Origin: Geosiphon pyriformis uo1
Taxonomy: Eukaryota; Fungi; Glomeromycota
Direction: 5' to 3'
DNA length: 64,000 bases
Assembly (NCBI GenBank): GCA_016748015.1
Contig: JAAOMT010000617.1
Span: forward strand, 690,635-754,634
Part shown: piece by piece, positions 1 through 14,326 of the stretch
Layout: the number at the start of each line of letters is the position of its first letter
Numbering within the stretch: position 1 is the first letter of the stretch
Notes under the pieces: generated by a model
Databases searched by the model: none
What the model was told of the DNA's origin: nothing
Seen by the model: only the letters and a program-made list of their open reading frames with translations
Program-made: the position numbers and the translations under genes

Positions 1-1216
1 AAAAAAGATCAAAAATGGGAATGGTTTGATAGCTTTCTTCTTCTGTTTCAAAGAGAGTTTCAGTTGCTTGATGGGCAGCAATCCAAATGTAGATTTAATG
101 ATTCAATATTCGAAATCAGGGGGCTGTTGTTCAAAAGTTGTAGAATATAAAAGCTGATTGATACTGTTGTTTCTTTCTTCAAAGTTGTCTTCAAAATAAG
201 CTTGGTCAAAGTAATAGGTTGTATAAGCTGTATAGGTTTCAGCTAAATGCTTGTTCAGGAACCAGTTCCAAAAGTCTTGAAATTGTCTGCTGGATTGTTC
301 TTTAATGGGGAAGCAAATCAAGCAGAAGGGCAAAGGATTGAGTTCAATAAAGTCTAGATCATTTTTGTTGTGTGCTTCTTCTAATTGTTATAGCAGATAT
401 GAATAATTACCCATACAATAGGAAACAAAGTAGAATTTGACAATCTTACAGAAAGCACCACTTTTATGTTATAAGTTGGAGTAATAAGCTAATGAATAGC
501 AAAGGAAAACAGAATTGTAAGGTAATGAAAATAATCAAAGGGAATTCAACTTCAAAGAGCAAATTAAATGAGTATGGATTCAATATATAAGATCAGTCTC
601 ATAAAATATCTCAGTTGCTATACTTTTCAAAGCTAACCAGGAAATTTGAAGATAGAAGGATAGTTCATATTGTCAACAAATAATCACATACTAGTATAAT
701 TCTATGCTTCACATTAGCACTCTTAGAATTCAATATCAGATATTAGATATACTCTTCAGTTATGTTTTATTCAATAGTCTTCAAATGCTACAATTACATG
801 TTTCAGAAAAAGTGTAAGAAATAACCAACAAGTAATTTTTTATCCCAAGATGTTCAGATACTTGAAGATAGAGAAAGAGAAATTAGTAATAAGAAAATGA
901 TTAAGATGAAAGTGTTATTTTATTTATTTGATTTTCTTGATTTCTATATGCTTTTCTACAATTAAGAGATTCATCGCTTATATAGCTATCAAAAGTGGTC
1001 AATAATCAGGTCAACAACTAGGTCAATGATCAGGTCAATAATCAGGTTAATAATCAGGTCATTGATTAGGTCAATGATCAGGTCAATGATCAGATCAATG
1101 ATCAGGTCATTGATCAAGTCAATGATTACTTTCTAAAAATAGAGTGGCTAATTTATATGACATCAGTGGCTAATACATGTGATAATTAATAAGAAGTATA
1201 AGTTTTAACTATAACA
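1..1216 (-). mobile_element. Ty3/Gypsy family-1 copy D, 5' part only (5' LTR 467-1216, PBS, gag N-terminus); continues off the window start
   Basis: LTR near-identical to the LTRs at 24368-25115 and 31426-32174. PBS complement CTTACAGAAAGCACCA lies next to the LTR. ORF 103-333 matches the gag N-terminus at 53611-53838. Right flank ATAT leads into copy E. Confidence 0.9.
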
Positions 1217-4200
1217 ATATATTTGTTGTTATGCTTTTAAGTTTATATTTATTTATCTTACTACCAATTTTTTTTTCTGGTAGTGGTTTTTTTGATCTAA
1301 TAATAATATGTGTTCTACTGTTATTAGTTATAGTAGTTTGTTTTTTAATAGTTAAAGTAATATTTAAATAATTTTTAGTTTAATATTCATAGAAAGTATA
1401 AAAAGTGGTTTAAATATTTTGATTCAGGAAATAATTGTTTATGTTAATTAAAAATATCTTTGTTTTAAAAATAATGTATTTATTTATATTTGATTTTTGT
1501 TAATTGTTTGGGTTGGTATTATTACAACAAATAACCAATCAGACTATTTGTAATATTTTTTAAGTTACATGCTATAAACAAGATAATCATTAAAAATTGT
1601 TTTATATTAATCTTGTAGAATATAAAAATCATTAATCAAAACTTTGTTGATTATAAAAAGTTTTTTTTACTAGTTAGAAAATTTATTACTATAGATATTA
1701 TCTCTGTTTAAACAATATTTTAATATTAAGTTACTAATACTTAAAGAAAGTATTTTATAGCTTTTTTTAAAACTGTTTTATTTTTTCAAAAACAATTATT
1801 TGTATTTTTACTAATAAATTAAGAATATATTAAGTTTTCTTTATAAAATGTTTTTGTAATTTTCTATTGTGATTTTTTCAAAAAGTATTATTTTAATGTC
1901 TGTTTTTATTGGTAAAATTGTTATTTGTCTATAAAGCAGATAAAAAATTCATAACTTGTTATATTATAATTCAGCAAACAAAGCTAAAAATAGCACTTTG
2001 TCTTATAAATTTGTTTTTTTATTGGTTTTGGCTAAGATTTTACATAATGTTTTATTAAAATATTTTACTAAGCCATTTGTTTAAAGATAATAAAAAGAAG
2101 AAAGTTTATAATATATTCTCATTTTTCTACAAAGTTCTTTAGCCAGTTTACTGAAAAAAGCTTTTTTTTTATTAGATATAAGTTTTTTTGAGCAGTTATA
2201 ATAATAAATAATATATTTATAAATGAAATTGGCTATTAAAACTACTGTTTAGTTTAGAATAACTCTTGTTTCTATTTACTTTATAAGATAGTTTGTAATT
2301 ATAATAATATATTTATTGTTATTAAAAGTTATTGTTAAAGATTCAACAATATTTATATTAATTCTGTTAAATGGTTGGCCAACAAAAATTAAGTATATGT
2401 CTTTTTTGTAATTAAGTTTTTTTTCTTTGACAAATATTACAGATTTTAATATAATCAACAATATTTTTTCTTAAGATAATAATATTAACCTAAAATCTTC
2501 TGAATTATTTTTGTTTTTTTAAAGTGTTTAGCTAATAGATTAGTATACATATTATAAATTATATTTTTTTTTTAAATCTAATAACTCTTTGGAGATGTTA
2601 AAATCTTTTCTATTTTTTTTGTATAATTGGTTTTAATAGATTAAGTAAAAATTTAATTGTTTTCACAAATGTTTTTTTTGCTGTTAAATATAGTTCAGTA
2701 AGTATTGTTCTTTATTCAAAAATTTTATTAAGACAAAATAATTATTCAAATCTATTATCATGTTTGGTTAAAATAGAATTATTAATAATTAAGTTGGTTT
2801 GATTTGCAAATATTGTTTTATTACTAGATAGTAAATTTGAAAAGAGCATTAGTATTTTGATAATTTGCTCTTTTATAATATTGTATATTATAGTTTAATT
2901 TATTCAAATAAAGTATTCAATAAATTATTTATTTGTATTTTAGCTTTTTTTTTTATATAGCCAAATTAAAACTTAATAATTTGTTATTACCAGAAATTTG
3001 ACATCAAAAAAATGTTTATTTCAGTAATTAATAGCTCATACTACTACCAAATATTCTTGTTTAATACTAAATAATTTTGTTCTGTTAAAGAAAATAATTT
3101 GTTGACATAAGCTATAACATGCTTTTTGATATCTTTATTTTTAAAAAAAAAACAGTATTAAGTCCAAAGCCAATTGTATTAGTATGAAAAATAAAAAGTT
3201 AATTCACATTAGATTACATAAAAATAAATTCTGAACTAATTTTTTTTTTAAGATTTTAAAGACTTTTTGCTGATATATGCTCCAATAATAATTAATAGTT
3301 TTTTTAAATAGTTAATTAAAAAAAAAAAATTTGGAAAAATCTTTGACAAACTTTTAATAATAAGAGATCAAACCAAGAAAAAAGTATAGTTCATAAATAT
3401 TTATTAGTTGTTTAATGTTTTAGACTTTTTAATTTTGGTTAGATTAAAGAAAATTCTATTTTTTGTAATAAAATAACCAAATAATTGGGTAGATTAATAT
3501 TCAAAGAAAAATTTAATTAAGTTGATCTTAAGACCAGTATTTTTAAACAAATCAAAAACTTTTTGCAAATGTTTAAGGTATTTATTACAGATTTTTGAGT
3601 ATATTATTATGTTATCCAAATAAACCAAAACAAAGTTTTTTTTTACTAATTCAAATAATTTGTTTATTAGATGTTGAAATGTAAAAAGAGTATTAATAAG
3701 ACTAAAAGACATAACTGTGAATTTATAAGTATTTATATTTGGTAATAAAAGCAGTTTTTTTTTGCTTTTTAAATTTATCTCTATTTGTTAAAATTTAGCA
3801 GTTAAATTAATAATAAAGAAAAAAGCACTATTAAATTAATTTAATATTACATTAATTTTGAAAAGTAAATATATATTTCTTTTAATAATAATATTTAATT
3901 AGTAGTAATTAACACAAAAGTATAAAATTTTACTTTTCTTAAATATTACTATAACTGGAAATGCTTATTCACTCTTGGTTTTTTGTATAAATCCAAAATT
4001 TTTCATCTGGTTTATTTTTTTCTTAATTAAATTAATAAAACTTCAAATAGATGAAACAAGTTTTTTTGGTAATAATAGTATGTTGTATTACATAAATTTG
4101 TCCAGAAGTATTACTTTTTTTTAAAATAACTGGGCTATTTTTAATTAAAAAATTTTCAATATTCACTTTTTTTTTCTTTTAAAGAGAGTTTTTTTTATTT

Positions 4201-4508
4201 TATTACTAATAATTATATCTTAAACAGTTTATTTTCAAAAAATTTCTGTATTTTTTTTATTTTTTTTTGGAATATTAAGCTAATTAGTTTTCAATCTTTG
4301 TAATAGATTAGACAAAACTTGTATTTATTACTAAATGAATACAATAGTTTATTATATTAGTACTAAACACAAAAATTATGTTACCAATAACTGTATTTAG
4401 CTTTTTTGTGAGACTTTTTGTCAAAAATTCTTTTGAGTATATTATAATAAAACAAGCAAATTATTTTATTATTTATGATAATTTCTTTTTTGTTAGCTTT
4501 AATATTAT

Positions 4509-7500
4509 TGTTATAAATTGGAATAACAAGTTAACAAATAGCAAAAGAAAACAGAATTATAGAGTAATAAAAATAATTAAAAAGAAAATTACAATATAAA
4601 AGTAAATTAAATAAGTAAAGATTCAATATACATAATTAGTCTTATAAAATTACAGTTATAAATCTGAAAATAGAGGAATAATTCGTGATTGTCAACAAGA
4701 TAACACTACTGCTATTATTTTATGTCTCAACTTACAATTTTTAAAATCAATAACAGATATCATTGTGCTTTTTAATTGTTTTTTTATTCAATAAATTTCA
4801 AGAGTAAACAGTTACTTCTCAGGTTAATTCTAACAATACAAATTAAGAAGAAAATAAAATAAAATATGTGAATGCCAACAAGTAATCTTTTATTCCAAGA
4901 TATTTAAATACTTAAAGATAGAAAAAAAAAATAAGTGATATGAGAGAAAGTAATTGATAATAGGTTTTTATTTTATTACTTTGATCATGTTTTTTTACAG
5001 CTAAAAGATTCATTACTTATATAGCTATTGAAAGTGGTCAACAATTAGGTCAATGATTAGGTTAATAATCAGATCAACAACTAAATCAACAACTAGATTA
5101 ATAATCAGGTCAATAATCACTATCTAAAAATAAAGTAACTAATTATGTAATATTAATGGCTAATACATGTAATAACTAATAAAAAGTATGGGTTTTAACC
5201 ATAATATTATCTTTTTCAAAGAAATTAAGCTCTGGCAAAATCAAGCTATTTATAAGATAATCTAATTGAAAGATTTTGTCTAGCTTAAAACTAACTAGTT
5301 TATTGAAGTTTTTTGTGAATAAAATATATAATATTTAAGACAAAATAAGTTTTATATTCAAGAAACCAAATCTTGGTATAAAAGTTTTAGTTTTTTTAGC
5401 AGTAGTTAAAACTCTTAGGACATCTAACTATATAATGTCCAAAATTTTTATCTGTATCTCTAAAGTTGTTTTCTTTATAAGCTTCATATTCTCTATAATT
5501 TCACCAAGGTAATTATAGAGTTCTAGTTGTCTTTCATATGACAAATTTTTGTTTATGGATAAGATTTCCTTAATTGTTTTTTCAATTGTGATAAAGAATA
5601 AAAATATTATTGCTGTTATACTTTTTAGCAAATATTTATCCATTTTGCTACCAATTTTTTTTCTTCTGGTAGTGGTTTTTTTTGGTCTAATAACAGTATG
5701 TGGTTCACTGTTATTAGTTATGATGGTCTGTTTTCCAATAGTTAGAGTAGTATTTAAATAGTTTTTGATTCAATACTTATGAAGAGTATAGAAAGTATTT
5801 TGAATGTTTTGATCTAGAAAATAATTGTTTATGTTAATTAAAAATATCTCTGTTTTGGAAATAGTACATTTATTTATACTTGATTTTTGTTGATTATTTG
5901 TGTTAGTATTATCATAACAGGCAACCAATCAGGTTATTTGTAATATTTTTTAAGTTATGTATCATAAACAGAGTAATCATTAAAGATTGTTCTATATTGA
6001 TCTTGTAGAATATAAAAACTATTGTTCAAAACTTTGTTGACTAAAAAAAATTCTTTCCACCAGTTAAGAAATTTATTATCATAGATATTGTCTCTGTTTG
6101 AGTAATATTCTAAAACTAGATCACTAATATTTAAGGAAAGTATTTTATAAGTCTTCTTCTTTTTAAGTTTTTTTTAGAACTGTTTTATCTTTTTAAAGAC
6201 AATTATTTATGCTTTTACCAAGAAATCAAGAATAGTATCAAGTTTTTTTTGCAAAATATCTTTGTAATTTTTTATTGTAGTTTTTTCAAAGAGTATTGTT
6301 TCAATATTAGTTTTTATTAATAAAGTTGTTATTTGCCCATAGAACACATAAAAAAGTTTATAATTTGTTATATTATAATTCACAGTTTTATAAGCAAACA
6401 AAGCTGAAAATAATACTTTGTTTTATAAGTTTGTTTTTTTACTGGTTTTGGCTAATGTTTTACATAGAATTCTGTTGAAATATTTTATTAAATTATTTGT
6501 TTAAAGATAGTAAAAAGAAAAAAGTTTATAATATATTCTCATTTTTTTACAAAGTTCTTCAACAAGTGTACTGAGAAAAGCTCTTTCTTTATCAAATAAA
6601 AGTTTTTTGGAGCAGTTATAACAACAAATAATATTTTTATAAATGAAATTGGCTATTAAGATTGCTGTTTGGTCTAAAATGGCTTTTGTTTCTACTCATT
6701 TTATAAGATAGTTAGTAACTGTAATAATATATCTATTCTCATTAGAAGTTATTGTTAGAGATTCAACAACATCTATACTAATTCTATTAAATGATTAACT
6801 AACAAAGATTAGATAGATATCTTCTTTACAATTAGGTTTTCCTCCTTTTTGGCAGGTGTTACAGGTTTTAATATATTTAACAATGTTTTTTTTCAAAATA
6901 GGCCAATAATAGCAAGCTAAAGTTTTCTGAATTGTTTTTGTTTTTCTAAAGTGTTTAGCTAATAAATTAGTATACATGTTATAGATTACAATTTCTTTTT
7001 TTTTCAAATCTTATAACTCTTTGGGAGTGGTTAAGATCTTTTTTATTTCTTTTATATAGTTGGTTTTGGTAAATCAAATAGAAATTTAATTGTTTGTGCA
7101 AATGTTTTCTTTGCTGTTAAGTGTATTCTGATGGGTATTGTTTTTTATCCAAAAATTTTATTAAAGCAGAATAGTTGTTCAAGTCTATTATTATGTTTGT
7201 TAAAGGAAAAATTACTAATAATTAGGTCTGTTTGGTTTGAAAAGATTGTATTATTACTAAATAATAAGTCTAAAGAGAGTGTTAGCATTTTAATAATTAA
7301 CTTCTTTGCAATGTTGAATGTTATAGTTAAATTCATTCAGATAGAATATCCAGCAAGTTATTTATTTGTGTTCTAGCTTCTTTTATTGTACAGTTAAACC
7401 AAGACTTAATGATTTGTTATCACTAGAAATTTTATATCAAAAAGATATTTATCCTAATAGCTAGTAGTTTAAACTACTGCTAAGTATTCTTGCTTAGTAA

Positions 7501-10500
7501 TTAAATAGTTCTGTTCTGCTGGTAAAAAAATTCTACTAGCATAAGCTATAGCATGTTTTTTTCTATCTTTATCTTTCTAAGATAGAACAGCATCAAGTCT
7601 AAAGTCAAATGTATCAGTGTGGAAGATAAAAGATTAATTCAGATTAGGTTGCTTAAAGATTGATTCAGTAACCAGTTTTTCTTTTAAAGTTTCAAATGCT
7701 TTTTGCTAATATGTTCCTCAATAGTAATTGACATTTTTTTTGAGTAACTAATTAAGAAAAAAGATGATTTTAAAGAAATTCTTAATGAATTTGCAATAGT
7801 AAGAAGCCAAATTAAAAAAAGAGTGTAGTTTATGAACATTTATTAGTTGTCTAATATTCTGGACTTTTTTAATTTTGGCTGGATCAGAAAAGATTCTATC
7901 TTTTGTAATAAGATAACCAAAGAACTTGAATTGTTGTCCAAAAAAAAATTTAATTGAATTTATTTTAAAGAGCATTTTTAAAAAGATCAAAAACCTTTTG
8001 CAAATGTTTAAGATATTCATTTTAGATTTTTGAGTATACTATTATGTTGTCCAAGTAAACCAGAACAAAGTTTTTTTTTACTAATTTAAACACTTTGTTT
8101 ATTAGGCATTGAAAGATAGAAAGAACATTGGTGAGACCAAAAGACATGACTGCAAATTTGTAAGTACCATATTTAATAATAAAAACAGTTTTTTTTTGCT
8201 TTCTGGATCCATCTTTACTTGCCAAAATTCAGTAGTTAAATTAATAATTGAGAAAAAAGCAACATTCTTGAATTGGTTTAGTATTGCATTAATCTTGAAA
8301 AGCAGATATTTTTTTTTTTTAGTAATAGCATTTAATTGGCAATAATCAACACAAAAGCATAAAGTTCTACCTTTCTTGGATACTACTACAATTAAAAAAG
8401 CCTATTTACTTTTGGTTTCTTGTATAAATCCAAGATTTTTTATTTGGTTTATCTTTTTCTTAATGAATTTATTATTGTATTAATTGAGTTGATAAGACTT
8501 CAGATGGATAATGTAAGTTTCTCTGGTGGTGATAGTGTGTTGTATTATATGAGTTTGTTCATAAATATCACTTTTTTTTGAGATAACTGGGCTATTTTTA
8601 GCCAACAGATTTTCAATGTCTACTTTTTTTTTTCAGAGGAAAGTTTTCTTTGTTTTATTGCAAGTAATTGGATCTTAAGTGGTTAATTTTTAAAGAACTT
8701 TTATAATAGATCAAGCAAAACTTGCATTTATTACTAGGAGAATATAAAGATTTATTACACTAGTACTAAACACAAAAACTATATCACCAATATTTGTATT
8801 TGGTTTTCTTATTAGGTTTTCTATCAAAAATTCTTTTAAGAATATTATAATAAGATTAGCAGATCATCTTGTTATTTAAAATAATTTTTTTTAATATTGT
8901 CTAATGACTTGTCATTGCTGGTAAAGATGGTATAGACAAGTTCAATAGTTTTTTTTTGTTCTTCTTGTTCTTCTTTTTTATCACTCTCTTTATTATCTGA
9001 TTCATCTAATTGTTTTTCTTCTTGGTTTTGCTTAAGTACTGGAAAAGTTGTCCAATAGCAACACTTAACCATAATGAGTTTTTTATTACATCTAATGATT
9101 AGTTTATATAGTTTATAGTCAAATATGACTTTAGTTTTCTTTAACCACTTATTGTTAACAATTATAATGTATTCTTTGGCTTTAGATACTTTCATGTCAG
9201 TTTTAATGCTGATATTATTGATGTGAACAGGAACAGCTTTGGTAATACCAAGCTTTTTCTTTTTGTTACTATGCATATTAATCATAGATCTGGTTAAGAA
9301 TTTATTAATTTTTCTACTAATGGCTTTCAAGAAATGTTTAGCAATAATGTTTACAGAAGATCTACTGTTTAGAATCAGATCAATAAAGTAACCAGCCACT
9401 TGGGCTTTGCAAATTAGAGGAGTAATATTGCTGTTGTTAATGAGTTTAACTTGTTAAGAACATTTATTGGTTTTTGGCATCTTTTTTTTTAAGATTAAGG
9501 ATTTATAAAGATCTTTTCTAAACTGTAAATAGATTATTAATTGGCCAAAATAATGTAAACTGGAGTTTTTATAAGATCTTTAACAACAGAATAGAGACCA
9601 GATTTTTGCACAATTTCTAAGGGTTTCAGCTTTAAAGAATTCTTAAAAAGTTTAGTCTTTGATGGCTTATTGCTATCAGCAGTTAATGTTAAAGCTTTAT
9701 TGAGTTCTAAAGTGAAATTAATCTTGGCTTTCTTTTTCTTTTTTGTTGAGTTTAAGGGGTTGATTGCCAGTTTATACATATTATGATTATTATTAATTAG
9801 GTTAAAAGCATAAAAAAAGTTTTTTTTGGTTGGCTTGTACTTTCACCCTTTGGAAATGCACTTATTAGTTTAAATGCTAATAAATAGTGGCTTTAATTAA
9901 GGAATTCTTTTCAAAGAAATTAATGTTGGCATGATTAAATTTTTAATTAGAAATATTGTTATTATTGAGTCTGTTGTTCTAATTATCATTATTTTTAAGA
10001 ACTAGAAAAAGCAAAGAGAGATTGTTGTAATTTCTTGAAAAGTGTTTAGTTAATTCACAATAATAGCATATAAATAGACCATGATTTTGCTGTCTTTAAT
10101 AAGAAGATTGCTAGAACTGGTCAAAACATGATTCAAATCTAAGTTTTTGAAGCTGTTGGTTGTTTCTGACTGCTTGGTCCAAAAGTTCTAATAGACAGAC
10201 AAGATTAATTGTAAATCTGTCTATTAATTGTTTATTAAAGTCTTGAATATAAGCAGCAAAAGAGATAGTGGTTATTTGTAAAGCAAGAGTTATAACAGAA
10301 GTAAGAATGAAAACTGAAAGTGTAAATCCCAAATGCATTCTTTGGTTGTCTTCAATTTTTTGGATGAGTTCAATAGCCATGTCTATTGTAAGATTGTTTT
10401 TTAAGACCAAAAGAAACCAAAAAACATAAAATAAGTCAGTTCTCAATTCTTTTGTAAAGAAGTAAATTTTTTGTTCTTCTGTCTAATTTCTTTTAGAATC

Positions 10501-12133
10501 TACTTGTTTAATTAACTTTCTTATTACTTTAACATATTCAGTTACAACTTCACTAGAATTTTGGGTTTTTTTTTCCAATTTTATATACCATTTTGAAATT
10601 AAAATGGGAGTTCTGAATTTGCTTTCAAACTGGATGGTAAAAAAAATATTGTTTTCTTCAATATTTGCTGATGCCTATTTTATGATTTTTTGTTAAGCAT
10701 TGGCATTAGTTTTTTGTGAAAACCAGGTAGCAAAAGAGTCTTGAAGATAGCCACCAATAATTTGGAACTTGTATTCTTTATTATATTAATTTGTAGTGAT
10801 TGTTCTTTCAAAATTGTCCAATCATTCTATTAAATCTTGGGCATCACTTCTAAATAGTAATAGTGAAATGTTATTTTTTTACTTTAAAGTGGTTTGTATG
10901 TCTTGAAAAACAGCCAAAATGTTTTGTTATATGAGGTTATTAGCTATTAGTTCAGAAATAGCTGTTTGTATAGAATGTTCTAATTTGTTTGAAAAGAAAT
11001 TAAAAACAGGAGCAGTTTAATAACTTTTTTCTTCTGTTTTAAAAGAGGTTTTAGCTAACTAGTAGACAGCAATTCAGATGTGAATTTGGTGATTCAAATA
11101 TTTAAAATTAGGAAGCTGTTGTTCAAAAGTTGTAGAGTATAAAAGCTAATTGATGCTGTTGTTTCTTTCTTTAAAGTTGTCTTTAAAATAAGCTTAATTA
11201 AAATAATAAGTTATATAAACTGTGTAAATTTTAGCTAAATGTTTATTTAGAAGCCAGTTCCAAAAGTTTTGAAATTGTTTATTAGATTGTTCTTTAATAG
11301 AGAAGCAAATTAAGCAAGAAAACAAAGGATTAAATTTAATAAAGTCTAGATCATTTTTGTTGTATGCTTCAAAGTGTTCTTTTGATTATTGTAACAGGTA
11401 TAAATAATCACTCATACAATAAGAAACAAAGTGAATTTTGACAATCTTACAGAAAGCACTACTTTTATATTATAGTTTGAAATAACAAGTTAATGGATAG
11501 CAAGGGAAAACAAGATTGTAAAGTAATGGAAATAATCAAAGAGAAAATTACAATATAGGAGTAAATTGAATGAGTAAGTATTCAATATGCATAATTAGTT
11601 TTATAAAAATTACAGTTGTAAATCTTTTCTAAAAATTCGAAGATAAAAGAATAGTTTATGATTATTAACAAAATAATACTACTGCTATTATTTTATGTCT
11701 CAACTCAACAATTTTTAAAATCAATAACATGTATTATTGTGCTTTTTAATTATTTTTTTATTCAATGAATCACAAAAACAAGCAGTTACTTTTTAGACTA
11801 ATTTTAACAATACAAATCAAGAAAAAAAAAAGATAAGATATATAAATGCCAACAAGTAATCTTTTATTTTAAAATGTTCAGATACTTAAAGATAGAAAAA
11901 AAAGAATAAACAATATGAAAAAAAGTAATTAATAATGGGTTTTTATTTTATTACTTTAATTATGTCTTTCTATAGCTAAAAGACTTATCACTTATATAAT
12001 TATTAAAAGTAGTTAACAACCAAGTTAATAATCAAGTTAATAATTACTATCTATAAATAAAGTGGCTAATTATATAATATTAGTGGCTAATACATATAAT
12101 AACTAATAAAAAGTATGGGTTTTAATCATAACA
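4509..12133 (-). mobile_element. Ty3/Gypsy family-1 copy F, full length, decayed (LTRs 4509-5206 and 11468-12133)
   Basis: Two LTRs, 4-bp TSD TTAT on both sides, degenerate PBS next to the right LTR. Gag, protease (LILNSRSS), RT (YLDN), IN and ORF3 fragments appear in the ORF track. Confidence 0.92.
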
Positions 12134-12573
12134 TTATCTAATAACTTGTTATTACTGGTAAAAATGATATGAATTAATTTAATAATCTTTTTTTGCTTTT
12201 CTTCATTTTCTTTTTTATTATTTTTTTTATTATCTGATTTATTTAATTGTTCTTTTTTTTGGTTTTGTTTGAATATTAAAAGAGTTGTTTAATAATAATA
12301 TTTAACTATAATAAGTTTTTTATTATATTTAATAGCTAATTTACACAGTTTATAATCAAGTAATACTTTTGCTTTTTTGAGTTACTTATTGCTAACAATA
12401 ATAATATATTCTTTTGTTTCAAAAACTTTTATGTTAATTTTAATACTAATATTATTAATACAGACAAATACAGCTTTAGTTATATTAAAATCTTTTTTTT
12501 GTTATTATGTATATTAGTTATAAACCAAGTTAGAAGTTTATTAATCTTTCTATAAATAGTTTCAAAAAAGTAT

Positions 12574-14203
12574 TGTTATAATTGAAACCCACACTTTTCA
12601 TTAATTATTACATGTATTAGCTATTGATGTCACATAATTAGCCATTTTATTTTTAGATAGTGTTACTTATAGAATATAGAAATTAAATATTAGTACATAA
12701 ATTAGCCAATTAAAATAAATATAATAAAAATGGAATTTCAGAATTTCTCTTAGAGGAATTGCAGGATTCTAGAAATTTTAGAATTCTTATACAAGAAATT
12801 GCAGGATTCCAGAATTCCAGAATTTCTCTCAAAGAAATTGCAGGATTTCAGAAATTCTAGGATTCTTGGCTAGAGAATTGAGGAATTCAAGGAATCTTGT
12901 ATAATAAAATTTATGTATATATAGCAGTAGTATCAGAAGCTAGAAAATTAGTCAAGTAAACTCTCAGAGTCAAGAAGACTCAGAGTTAATAGAATTCTCA
13001 GAGTCAATTAGACTTACAGACCATAATTATTAAATACTTTTTTTTTAAAAAATAGAATACTATAACTTGAAGTGAAATCATTCTCATATTAATGAAATTA
13101 TCTATTATCCTTAAATCCATGTTATTATCTACTACTTAATTTGCTGGCACAATAGCTCTTGATTATGGCTATTAACAAAACACTTATTTTTTATTTTATT
13201 TTCTTTATTTCTTTATTTTCTTTTATTTTTCTTTATTTTATTTTTTTTTGTTGTTTACTAATTGAAATTAAAAATTAAAAGTGCTGAGTTACAGACGTCA
13301 TAGGGACTGGTAAAAAACCCATAAAACAAAAGTAGAACACTTATAATTGAGGATAACTTACCAAAAAAATTACTGGTTATTACACTAAGAAAGAAATTTA
13401 ACAGAATTGCAATTCTGGGAAGCTACAGATAAAACAACACTTGAATCTCTGTCCATTATACAAAAAACTCAACAACAAAATCTTCAGAAATCATTTACCA
13501 AATCACTTAAAAATCACCTGTGACAATAGTAATTATTAACTTAATCAATGATCTAATTATTAACTTGATTATTGACCTAATTATTGACCTAATCAATAAC
13601 TTAATTATTAACCTAATCATTGATCTGATTATTAACTTAGTCATTAATTTGGTTATTAATTATTTTTAATAGCTATATAAGCAATAAATCTCTTAGTTGT
13701 AGAAAGACATGATTAAAGTAACAAAATAAAACTTACTATTAATTACTTTTTCTTATATTACTTATTTTTTTTTCTCTATTTTTAAGTATCTGAATATTTT
13801 GAAATAAAAGATTACTTGTTGGCATTTACATATCTTATCTTTTTCTCTTCTTGATTTGTATTGTTAAAATTAGTCTAAGAAGCAATTACTTACTTTTGTG
13901 ATTCATTAAATAAAAAAATGATTAAAAAGCACAATGATATCTGTTATTGATTTTAAGAATTGCCAAGTTAAAACATAAAATAATAGCAGTAGTGTTATCT
14001 TGTTAACAATTACAGACTATTTTTCTGCCTTCAGATTTCCAGAAAAGATTTGTAACTGTGATTTTTATAAGACTAATTATACACATTAAATCCTTACTTA
14101 TTCAATTTGCTTTTATATTGTAATTCTCTCTTTGATTATTTCCATTACCCTATAATTCTGTTTTCTTTTGCTATTTATTAGCTTGTTATTTCAATCTGTA
14201 ACA
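12574..14203 (+). repeat. Family-1 solo LTR G, interrupted by a family-2 solo LTR
   Basis: Starts TGTTATAATTGAAACCC, ends CTGTAACA, TSD GTAT on both sides. Homologous to 52731-53456, with the 12-bp array at ~13530-13660. Confidence 0.9.
12661..13525 (+). repeat. Family-2 solo LTR
   Basis: TGTTAC...GTGACA termini, TSD ATAG on both sides, homologous to 39388-40280 and 41461-42396. Confidence 0.9.
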
Positions 14204-14326
14204 GTATTTAGCAATAATATTAACAGATAATTTACTGTCTAAAATTAGATCAATAAAGTAACTAATTATTTGGGTTTTGCAAATTAAAGAGATTGCTATT
14301 GTTAACAAATTCAGTTTAATAAGAAT

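Larger units (their letters stand above)
1217..14325 (-). mobile_element. Ty3/Gypsy family-1 copy E, very decayed internal region in three pieces (1217-4508, 12134-12573, 14204-~14325)
   Basis: Collinear with ORF3/IN/RH/RT/PR of copy B (e.g. VLVYLDNIIIYSK in ORF 3494-3712). The pieces join seamlessly across TSDs TTAT and GTAT. Confidence 0.85.

Noticed and set aside
1000-1125. 12-bp repeat arrays as CRISPR or telomeric repeats
   Set aside because: The units are contiguous with no unique spacers, no cas genes are present, and the arrays always sit at the same position inside LTRs.
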